Assembly (NCBI GenBank): GCA_964650355.1
Contig: CAZYTL010000002.1
Location: 109,465-173,464 of the forward strand
Length of the DNA: 64,000 nt
Direction: 5' to 3'
DNA from: an uncultured Gammaproteobacteria bacterium
GTDB lineage: Bacteria; Patescibacteriota; Microgenomatia; CAYXHB01; CAZYTL01
Position 1 is the first letter of the stretch, and every line of letters starts with the position of its first letter. Both the position numbers and the translations under genes were made by a program. A model generated the notes under the pieces. The model saw only the letters and a list, made by a program, of their open reading frames with translations, was not told where the DNA came from and did no database searches. Positions 12,266-20,274 of this stretch are shown piece after piece.

Positions 12266-14260
12266 TTATTTTTTATTGACAGTGGGTTTTCTCTTGGGAG
12301 TTTTTGATTTGACGGGTTTTTTTGCCGGGGGGCTGATCTTTTCAGGCGGCTTTTCGGGTGGTTCCTGTTCCGGTTTCTGGTCATCTGACTCTGGTTGGGA
12401 ATTGGATTGGTTTTCAGTCCCTTCCCGATTCTGGTTTTCTTTTTCTTGATGGGTTTCTGTTTGGTGTGTTTGAGGCGGGGTTTGATTTTCAGGTTGGGAA
12501 GTTTTTTCTTCTTTTTGCGGCTGGCCGGTTTGGACAGGCGGATTGTCAGGTGCCGGGGAGGCGGTTGGTAACGAGGTATTTTCTTCATTTGCAGGCTGAT
12601 TTTCCTGGTTAGAGTCAGGTAGTTGCAGATGATCTCTCATTGAGGGGTACTTTTTAAGATACAAGCGCAAACACATTTCCAGATAAGATTCTATTTCCTC
12701 CAATTTCTTGGCGCGTTCATAGAGCTGTTTAAATTCTGTATTGTCAAGTTCACGAAAGAATTGGATAAACTGAGTTTCAAACGAGCCTACTTCGGACAAA
12801 GGCATTTGATCCATGCGTCCGGAAGTGGCGATGGCTAGCAATAAAACTTCTTCCTCCTCAGATAGGTTGAGAGAAGACTCTTGAGCGAATATTTCCCTGA
12901 CTCGTTTACCCCGACTGATTTCCTGGACGGTTTCTTCTGCCACCTCAGTATTCATGGTTTCAAATGACTTTACTTCGTTATAACGGGCCAGTTGCCTGCT
13001 GGCCAACTCACCTACTTTTTTTAATAACTGGGTCTGGACTTTGCCTCCAATTCTGGAAACAGATAAACCTGAATTAACGGCAGGTATGATGCCTTCGTGC
13101 ATCATATTGGCATCTAGATAAATATGGCCGTCGGTGATAGACATTAAGTTGGTAATAATATACTCAGACACGTCACCTGATTGGGTTTCCGCAATGGGTA
13201 AAGCAGTCATGGAGCCACCTCCTAATTTTTTGTCTAATTTGGCGGCTCTTTCCAGGAGTCGGGAATGTAAGAAAAAAATATCACCGGGATAAGCGTCTCT
13301 TCCCGGAGAGCGTTTCATGAGTAGGGATACCTGACGGTAGGCCTTGGCCTGCTTTGACAAATCATCGTAAACAATTAAACAATGTTTTCCTTGGTACATA
13401 AAATGTTCGCACAAAGCTGCTCCCACATAAGGAGCAATGTATTGCAATGAAGGAGAATCATCTGACAGGGCTAACACCACAGTGGTAAACTTCATAGCTT
13501 CCCTTTCTTGCAATAATTGGACGGTAGCTTTGGCCTTGGCAGCCTGAATGCCGATGCCCACATACACACAAATGACTTCTTGGCCTTTTTGGTTACAAAT
13601 GATATCGATGGCGGTTCTGCTTTTGCCGGTTTTTCTATCTCCGATCACTAGCTCTCTTTGTCCCTTGCCGACTGGAACAGTAGTATCGATGGCCATCAAT
13701 CCGGTGTGCAAAGGCTGATAAATATTTTCTCTTGACACGACTGAGGGAGCAGGAAATTCAACATCTCTGGTTTCATCACCCTCAATCGGACCTTTACCGT
13801 CCAAGGGATCGCCCAGGGGGTTGATCACTCTTCCCAATAAAGATTTTCCGGTAGGAATTGACAGTCTTTTGTTGGTGGCGATGGCATGATCATCAACTTT
13901 AATTTTGCTATAGTCCCCCAAGACTACTGTTTCTACTGAGTCCTCCTCCACTCCTAAAACCAAGGCCTGTTCTGATCCGGAGCTGGTTTTAACTTTAATC
14001 ACGTCTTCCACTCGGACATTATCAATGCCACTGATTTTACAAACACCGTCGCCAATATAGGAAACTTTTCCGATCTGGGAAACTTTTTCTTTAAGATCTT
14101 CTTCTGGAAAAGTGTAGTTGATTAATTCTTTAAAGGACTGATCTGCTGCCAGTTCAGCTTGTTCCTTTACCCCAGCACTGGGTAATTGAATGCCATGCAG
14201 ATCTACTTTAAAGAGATCTGGTTTTGAATCTCGGTTTAAAAATTTAGTCAGATCGTTCAT
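12266..14260 (-). CDS. atpA: F-type ATP synthase alpha subunit with ~40-aa N-terminal extension and ~130-aa P/Q/E/K-rich C-terminal tail
   Basis: Walker A GDRKTGKS; long collinear match to F1 alpha (…LIVYDDLSKQAKAYRQVSLLMKRSPGRDAYPGDIFFLHSRLLERAAKL…); low-complexity tail ends KKPVKSKTPKRKPTVNKK. Confidence 0.95.
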   Translation of the reverse strand: MNDLTKFLNRDSKPDLFKVDLHGIQLPSAGVKEQAELAADQSFKELINYTFPEEDLKEKVSQIGKVSYIGDGVCKISGIDNVRVEDVIKVKTSSGSEQALVLGVEEDSVETVVLGDYSKIKVDDHAIATNKRLSIPTGKSLLGRVINPLGDPLDGKGPIEGDETRDVEFPAPSVVSRENIYQPLHTGLMAIDTTVPVGKGQRELVIGDRKTGKSRTAIDIICNQKGQEVICVYVGIGIQAAKAKATVQLLQEREAMKFTTVVLALSDDSPSLQYIAPYVGAALCEHFMYQGKHCLIVYDDLSKQAKAYRQVSLLMKRSPGRDAYPGDIFFLHSRLLERAAKLDKKLGGGSMTALPIAETQSGDVSEYIITNLMSITDGHIYLDANMMHEGIIPAVNSGLSVSRIGGKVQTQLLKKVGELASRQLARYNEVKSFETMNTEVAEETVQEISRGKRVREIFAQESSLNLSEEEEVLLLAIATSGRMDQMPLSEVGSFETQFIQFFRELDNTEFKQLYERAKKLEEIESYLEMCLRLYLKKYPSMRDHLQLPDSNQENQPANEENTSLPTASPAPDNPPVQTGQPQKEEKTSQPENQTPPQTHQTETHQEKENQNREGTENQSNSQPESDDQKPEQEPPEKPPEKISPPAKKPVKSKTPKRKPTVNKK

Positions 14261-14310
14261 AATGTCCCATATCTCAATTCCTAATCCAATAGTACTACGC
14301 TTACTGTTCC

Positions 14311-14889
14311 CTATTCCACTTCTACCAGTTTAGAAGTCTTGGTTAAACTGGCAATCCACTGCCTTTGAAATTGTTGGAATTTAGACCGCAGAGAGTGATC
14401 AAAGACTAAATTTTCTATTCTCACTAACGCTCCGCCTAAAATGGCGGGTTTGACTTCAACGCTGATAACTACATGACGGTTTAATAACTGCCCAAACTGT
14501 TGGGCAAAATCGCGGACTTCTGACGTTTGTAAGTCAAGAGCCACAGCCATAAAGACAATGCCTATTTTTTCTATCTGTTGCTGAAAGTTTTGCACAAATT
14601 CATCAAAGTAATCAAAATTCTCCGAACTGAATAGCCAAAATTGGTGATCGGCAAATAAGTCAGAAAAGAAATTGTATAATTCTGGCTGGGATACGTCTTT
14701 CAAAAGAAGGAGCAGTTGGGTTTTCTTTTGGCCAGCAGTCAGGGTTTCATCATCCACGATTTGATGGGCATGCATTTTAAAGCCGCGATTACTGGCCAAA
14801 CTTTCTAAGATGGTGGAAACCTGAGATAAGGTTTGGGTGTCATATATCTGTCTGATCAGTGATAGCGATAAACTTTCTATGCCGTTCAT
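14311..14889 (-). CDS. atpH: F-type ATP synthase delta (OSCP) subunit
   Basis: Operon position; C-terminal OSCP-like motif ILGGALVRIENLVFDHSLRSKF. Confidence 0.7.
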   Translation of the reverse strand: MNGIESLSLSLIRQIYDTQTLSQVSTILESLASNRGFKMHAHQIVDDETLTAGQKKTQLLLLLKDVSQPELYNFFSDLFADHQFWLFSSENFDYFDEFVQNFQQQIEKIGIVFMAVALDLQTSEVRDFAQQFGQLLNRHVVISVEVKPAILGGALVRIENLVFDHSLRSKFQQFQRQWIASLTKTSKLVEVE

Positions 14890-14892
14890 AGT

Positions 14893-15423
14893 TTACAATT
14901 TTTGTTTTTCTTCTTTAATTTCGTTAACCGCTCTTTGGATTAGGTCGACTTGATCCGCCCGAGTCAGGCTTTTTTCCACCACTTTTTCACTGACACTGAT
15001 GACTAATTTGACCATTTCTCCTTCTATCTGATGTTGACGTTTTTCACGATAGTCTTCCAATTCTTGGTCAGCACTGGTAAGAATTTCCTGAGATTGTTCC
15101 CGAGCTTGCTTGAGAATGGCTTTTTTCTCTTCTTTAGCGTCCTCAACTATTTGATCATATTCATCCTGGGCCTGATTTTCTAAATTTTCGGCTACATGCT
15201 GCAGCCTTCTAATTAGAGCAAAAGCTTTATCAAGTCTTTCTTCTGTTTCGTTATGGACACGTTTTTGGTGTTCGGCAAGTTGTTTTTTGGCGTGTTCTAA
15301 AAAGGCTACTAACTGTTGTTCGTGTTTGCGGGACCGGCGCCAAAAATAGATCACCAAAATGGCAATATAAAAGACTGTGATTCCAGTATAAATTAACCAA
15401 GTATTATCCATGGGCAGTTTCAA
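14893..15423 (-). CDS. atpF: F-type ATP synthase b subunit
   Basis: Single N-terminal TM (WLIYTGITVFYIAILVIYFW) followed by long charged coiled-coil; operon position. Confidence 0.75.
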   Translation of the reverse strand: MKLPMDNTWLIYTGITVFYIAILVIYFWRRSRKHEQQLVAFLEHAKKQLAEHQKRVHNETEERLDKAFALIRRLQHVAENLENQAQDEYDQIVEDAKEEKKAILKQAREQSQEILTSADQELEDYREKRQHQIEGEMVKLVISVSEKVVEKSLTRADQVDLIQRAVNEIKEEKQKL

Positions 15424-15427
15424 TCCA

Positions 15428-17467
15428 TTATCTAATGATCAGCAAGGCTGCTGCAACCGCTAAACCGGCAGCTAATACAAATGCTAATAAACTTCCGTAT
15501 AAATTTAATTGTAACCTGGTCTTAGCAAAAGGGTTCCTGCCAATGGCTTCCAGGCCCCGGCTGGCCATCATGCCTCCTCCGATGCTGGCACCCAGAATGC
15601 CAAAACCCGCTGCCAATCCGGCGCCGATATAGCGGATAACCGCGTACTTGTTTAGACCTTCGCCCTTTAATAACTCCTGAAGTTTTTCTGTGACCTGGCC
15701 TTTAACCTCACCTATTCCCCCACCTCCGCCTGGGGGGATCTCATCTTTATCCGGGGAACCTTGGACTTCAAATACATTACTCACGCCGATCATCCCGTCA
15801 CCTGCCACTGTAATGGTGACCTCTTTATGCGCGAGGGAAATTATGGCTTGAAGATGCCAAATTCCATCTGCAGAAGCACTGGCCACCGGCGGATCAATAG
15901 TGCCGGTGGTGTCGGTAATGGCTAAAGGTCCGTCGTAATCAGTAATGAATTCGTTTAATGAATTTTTGGCGCCGATGGAGACCACAAAGGGAACACCTAC
16001 CTGTTGAGGGCTGGGAATCTCGTCGATCACTAGCCTGCGATTCAAGCCGGTGCCCACACTGCCCACTACTTTGGCAAACTTGGTGATGGTTCCTTGGGTG
16101 GCGGTAACCGTTAAAGTGCCAATGCCTGATTCAGAGGCGGTCAATAACACAGTGTTACCAACAGCATTGCTCAGCGTTCCTAAATTACCTTCGATATCAA
16201 AGGAGTAATTTACCCCGGTAACCAGATTACCATAAGCATCTACCCCTTCTGCCAAAATAGGAATGGTGGCCCCGGCTAAGGCGGAGATGATATCAGGATC
16301 AACATTTACTGACGACAACACCCCTGGTATCGGGGTAGGGGTGATGGTGGGAGTGGGAGTAATAGTGGGCACTGTGCTGGGAGTGGGAGTAGCAGTAGTT
16401 GTGGGTGTGGGCGACGGAGCCTGAGTGGGCGTAGGAGTGCCCGCACCCCCCCCGCCTGTCCCGGTACTGGCCTCAACCACAGACACGCTAGCAGTGCTGC
16501 CAACTATTCCGGAAGTAGCTTTGACGGTATTTAAGAAGTTACCTACAGTGGTGCCGGCGGTAAATAATCCGGTAGAATCTATGGTACCTCCGCCGTTTTC
16601 CACTGTCCAGGTGACTGAAGATAAGGTTTTTTGATTGTTGTAGAGATCGTAGCCGGTGGCCGTAAAGGGAATAAAACTACTGGTGGGTACGACTGCCAAA
16701 CTGGGACTGATGATGATGTAGGTTAAAATTCCTGGGGTGGCAGTTTCGTAAAAAGGTACGGCATTGCTGATGCCGCTGGCCAAAGTACCGGTGACAATGT
16801 AAGTGCCACTTTTATTGCCTAAAGTAAGGGCGGTGCTCACGTAGCCGCTACTGTTAGAATTTCCGGATAAACTACTCAAAAGTTGTCCGGAAGCTCCGAT
16901 CGGATAACTGGTGATGGCCCAGTTAACACCCACGTTGGCAAGAGGATTGTTAAAAGGATCCAGAACCCGCAGCTGTAAATTTACCGGCAAGAGATTGGTG
17001 ACGATTCCGGACTGATTATTGCCGGCAGTAATAGTGAGAAATTTAATCCGGGAATCAGCTGACACGGTGAAAGTCGAGGACTGACCGTTGATACTGCCGG
17101 TGGTAGCGGTGATCTTTGTGGAGCTAGAAGCCTGAGTGATATAGACATTGCCGGTCCATACTCCGGCGGAAAAACTTCCGGTCGCAGTGGGACTGAGGGT
17201 GGCCGTATCATCAGTCAAAGTCACGGTACCTGAATAACTAGTTAATTTCTGGCCGTTTTCATCAAGGGCGGTAATGGTAATTTGGAAAGGTACTCCGGCT
17301 AATTTGGTACCGCCGTTAGTATCATCGACCACTGAAAAAGAGGTTAAGGTTTGGGCGATAACCGGATGAACACCCCAATTCAAAAACACCATGCCCAACA
17401 ACACAACCACTGCCAGCCAGCCCCCCAAACGGCTGAGGGGATTTAAGAGACCTTTTTTTGCTATCAT
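15428..17467 (-). CDS. secreted Ig-like (Big_2-type) repeat protein with Pro/Thr linker, fused in-frame to a C-terminal ATP synthase c-subunit-like two-helix hairpin (atpE position)
   Basis: Signal-peptide-like N-terminus; Ig-like repeats; PT-rich linker; last 74 aa (…YIGAGLAAGFGILGASIGGG…GRNP…LYGSLLAFVLAAGLAVAAALLIIR) align to c-subunit helix1-RQP loop-helix2 but helix 2 has no Asp/Glu; possible internal start (AGGTGA-N5-ATG at 15793) would yield a 121-aa c-like protein. Confidence 0.6.
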   Translation of the reverse strand: MIAKKGLLNPLSRLGGWLAVVVLLGMVFLNWGVHPVIAQTLTSFSVVDDTNGGTKLAGVPFQITITALDENGQKLTSYSGTVTLTDDTATLSPTATGSFSAGVWTGNVYITQASSSTKITATTGSINGQSSTFTVSADSRIKFLTITAGNNQSGIVTNLLPVNLQLRVLDPFNNPLANVGVNWAITSYPIGASGQLLSSLSGNSNSSGYVSTALTLGNKSGTYIVTGTLASGISNAVPFYETATPGILTYIIISPSLAVVPTSSFIPFTATGYDLYNNQKTLSSVTWTVENGGGTIDSTGLFTAGTTVGNFLNTVKATSGIVGSTASVSVVEASTGTGGGGAGTPTPTQAPSPTPTTTATPTPSTVPTITPTPTITPTPIPGVLSSVNVDPDIISALAGATIPILAEGVDAYGNLVTGVNYSFDIEGNLGTLSNAVGNTVLLTASESGIGTLTVTATQGTITKFAKVVGSVGTGLNRRLVIDEIPSPQQVGVPFVVSIGAKNSLNEFITDYDGPLAITDTTGTIDPPVASASADGIWHLQAIISLAHKEVTITVAGDGMIGVSNVFEVQGSPDKDEIPPGGGGGIGEVKGQVTEKLQELLKGEGLNKYAVIRYIGAGLAAGFGILGASIGGGMMASRGLEAIGRNPFAKTRLQLNLYGSLLAFVLAAGLAVAAALLIIR

Positions 17468-17512
17468 ATACTTAATACAGTATAGCTAATTTTTAAACCT
17501 ATACGCAAAAGT

Positions 17513-18082
17513 ATGAAACAGGAGAAAATCAAGGCAATTATCGATCAATTTGTAACTGATCGCCAAACTATCGACAAAGAAAAACTCAGGCAATATGTTT
17601 TCCAGTCATTAAGTGATTGTCATACCGAAGCTGACTATCTGATCAATAATCCTGAAAATAAAAATCATCTACATCAAATAAATGATCTGTTGGCCCAACA
17701 CCAGCAACCGGAGATTCGTCAATTAGGACTCACAGCCATGGAGAGAATCAACCAACTGCATAAAGAAGTTGAGAGCTGGATTAACGATAACGTTGATTCT
17801 CCGGAAAGATTTGAATTCTCGATTCAAGCTAAAGCCACTGAAATAAGTTCCGGCAACCAGGATTATGATTATTGGGCTGCCTTGACTATTCGGCACGATC
17901 AACTTTTGGCTGCGGTAGTGATCTTCGAAGAAGCGTTGGCAAAGCTGTCCAGCTTGATTCATACGGAGCCAGCAGAAGCGGTTAACTCTCCGGATCTAAA
18001 ATATTTTGCCGAGCACACCAGCCCGGAACGAATTTTTAAGGCAGCGGAGGAGATTTACCAACTCAGGAACCAATTTCATTGA
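17513..18082 (+). CDS. hypothetical cytoplasmic protein
   Basis: 189-aa ORF divergent from ATP synthase operon; no motif recognised. Confidence 0.4.
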   Translation: MKQEKIKAIIDQFVTDRQTIDKEKLRQYVFQSLSDCHTEADYLINNPENKNHLHQINDLLAQHQQPEIRQLGLTAMERINQLHKEVESWINDNVDSPERFEFSIQAKATEISSGNQDYDYWAALTIRHDQLLAAVVIFEEALAKLSSLIHTEPAEAVNSPDLKYFAEHTSPERIFKAAEEIYQLRNQFH

Positions 18083-18837
18083 TATTCAATCGAAGGGATG
18101 GTCATCAAGACTGATGGAAGTGGCTGGCCCTCCAGTGGCTTAGTGGTTAATTTCCAAATTAAATATCCTGCTTGATTACGCTCTGCTCCCTGGATGCTTA
18201 AGACTCGGGAAAATTCTCTCCATGATCCGATATAGCGAGGTCTCTCATAGGTGGTCAATATGTACTGGGCGTCACCTAATTGGTCTGTGTCTTCCAAAAA
18301 GGAGACATGGGCTCCGGTAAACCCTCTGGCCTGAGCTACGGAGTACTCGGTCAGGACTGGTACGGTAACTGGCTGGGACACAAAATCTTTGATGCTTTGA
18401 TAATTAATCTGCTTTTGATAAAGAAATAGTCTGTCTTCCAAGATGTTAAACCAGGACAAATTATCTAAAACCGGATGGACCAACAAAAAGGAAGGAGTCA
18501 CGGCATCTGGTTTGGATTTCAAGGACAACCATAACTGACCGCACTGGGGTTTGCAGAGATATAAAAATTTAATTTTTACGTAGCGTTTGGTAATGGGTAC
18601 TCGGGAATAGAATATGAATTCCGGCGTGGATACCTGCTTGGTTTCGCTTTCAGTGGGTGGCAACAAAGGATCTTTGACTTGACCACCATGAAATGCCGAG
18701 GTGTGTTGATGATTTTGTTCCCAAGCAAAGGCGCGAGGAAAATGATAGTCCAAAAATAATCCCACACCTACTAGACCTAAACCTGTTAAAATTAACCATA
18801 AATTAGATATCGGTAACTTTTCCATTCCGCTGATCAT
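18076..18837 (-). CDS. hypothetical membrane-anchored protein
   Basis: N-terminal TM (LWLILTGLGLVGVGLFL); no motif recognised. Confidence 0.35.
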   Translation of the reverse strand: MISGMEKLPISNLWLILTGLGLVGVGLFLDYHFPRAFAWEQNHQHTSAFHGGQVKDPLLPPTESETKQVSTPEFIFYSRVPITKRYVKIKFLYLCKPQCGQLWLSLKSKPDAVTPSFLLVHPVLDNLSWFNILEDRLFLYQKQINYQSIKDFVSQPVTVPVLTEYSVAQARGFTGAHVSFLEDTDQLGDAQYILTTYERPRYIGSWREFSRVLSIQGAERNQAGYLIWKLTTKPLEGQPLPSVLMTIPSIEYQ

Positions 18838-18857
18838 ATATAACTCGCTTTATTGAT

Positions 18858-20270
18858 ATGAAATTGAAACTTTTTTCCGGAAAACAAATTGTTTATATCT
18901 GGCTCGGCTTTGCAGGGGTGGTGTTGATGCTCCACTTTATTTTAAGACAAATCCGTTACCAGGTTTTTTTTGATATGGACAATTATTGGCCGGTGAGTAT
19001 TTTTTTACCTAAAATCCCTGCTCCCCAAGATGCAGTGATCTTGTTGGGGATAATTCTATTATGGTGGGCATTTTTAAGATACTGGGATTCGGCGCATAAG
19101 TCTATTTGGAAAATCACGTTTCTTATAGGAGCTTTAATAGTTGCCACTACAGCACTTCAGGGAATTAAACAAGGGTTCGTATTTCCCATCACGGGGACAG
19201 GACCGGGATCGATTACCTACTATGTTGATATTCAAGGGATCACCGACCCTGTTAAATTATTAACCAGTTATACCACGATTCAATCGACTTTGCGCGCTCA
19301 CAGCCGAGTCCATCCTCCTGGGGCAATGCTGTTTTCCTATTTACTGGACAAAATTTGGCATGAGCCGATTTTTACCTCAGTGGCTCAAGCTTTGATTGGC
19401 TTGCTAAGCATTCCTTTGCTCTATGGGGTGCTGAGAAAACGTGATGATTCCCAGTGGGCTTTTTTGGGGGCTACGATTTTAGGATTGTTGCCTGCCACCC
19501 AAATTTATTATCTTTCCAGCTTAGATGCGGTGGTGGTTGTAATTTTCTTAATGATTGTTTATCTGGGCTATCAAAAGTTAAATCAGAAGTCTGCTAAACT
19601 TCAGTGGCAATGGCTGATGATCACGGCTGTGATTTTATGGCTGGCTGCGTTCATCTCGTTTGCCGTGCTGGTGTTAATTTCGGTGATACTTTTCATTGAC
19701 TGGCAAAAAAATCAGCGCCTGACCTGGAGTCTTCCTCTGTTGGGCATCACGGTGGCGATTTTTTTTGTAGTTTACAATTTTACAGGGTTTAATTATTTAA
19801 ACAGTCTGGCTATCGCCACCAAATATGAAGGTCCTCCGCAGTTTTATTTGTTGGCTGAGCCTTTGTCTTACGTGGCGACCCGAATAGAAGATTGTCTCGA
19901 GATTCTGGTGTTTTTTACTCCCTGGTTAGCATATCTACTAGTGAGGCAGTTTAAACAGCAAATTCATAAATATAAGCAGGTGTTACTGCCTCGACCGTCC
20001 GTCAATAATTTCAAAAAGTTAGTAAGACAACAGCCAATAATTAATATCGGTTTGGTGGTAGTAGGGGCTCTAATTTTGTTTTTCTTAGCCGGCGCTTACT
20101 ATACCGGCGAAACTGCCAGGGCAGCTAACTTTATTTACCCCTTTCTGATTATGCTGGTTATTCCGATTATAGAGCGAGCTAAACCAGGCGTGCGCGAGCA
20201 AAAGTTGCTCCTGAGTTTGATTTTTCTGCAGACCGTGGTCATGCAAACGTTTGGGTGGTTCGTATGGTAA
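18858..20270 (+). CDS. polytopic membrane protein, GT-C-like (HPPG loop)
   Basis: 470 aa, ~10 TM helices; loop motif RVHPPGAMLF resembles HPPL/HPPG loop of GT39/GT83/DUF2723 enzymes. Confidence 0.4.
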   Translation: MKLKLFSGKQIVYIWLGFAGVVLMLHFILRQIRYQVFFDMDNYWPVSIFLPKIPAPQDAVILLGIILLWWAFLRYWDSAHKSIWKITFLIGALIVATTALQGIKQGFVFPITGTGPGSITYYVDIQGITDPVKLLTSYTTIQSTLRAHSRVHPPGAMLFSYLLDKIWHEPIFTSVAQALIGLLSIPLLYGVLRKRDDSQWAFLGATILGLLPATQIYYLSSLDAVVVVIFLMIVYLGYQKLNQKSAKLQWQWLMITAVILWLAAFISFAVLVLISVILFIDWQKNQRLTWSLPLLGITVAIFFVVYNFTGFNYLNSLAIATKYEGPPQFYLLAEPLSYVATRIEDCLEILVFFTPWLAYLLVRQFKQQIHKYKQVLLPRPSVNNFKKLVRQQPIINIGLVVVGALILFFLAGAYYTGETARAANFIYPFLIMLVIPIIERAKPGVREQKLLLSLIFLQTVVMQTFGWFVW

Positions 20271-20274
20271 CTAG

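Noticed and set aside
15560-15580. GGAGGAGGC-ATGATG inside the c-like module as a ribosome-binding site and start for a stand-alone c subunit
   Set aside because: Starting there would delete helix 1 (the glycine-zipper helix) and leave a 47-aa single-helix peptide. The sequence simply encodes GGGMM.
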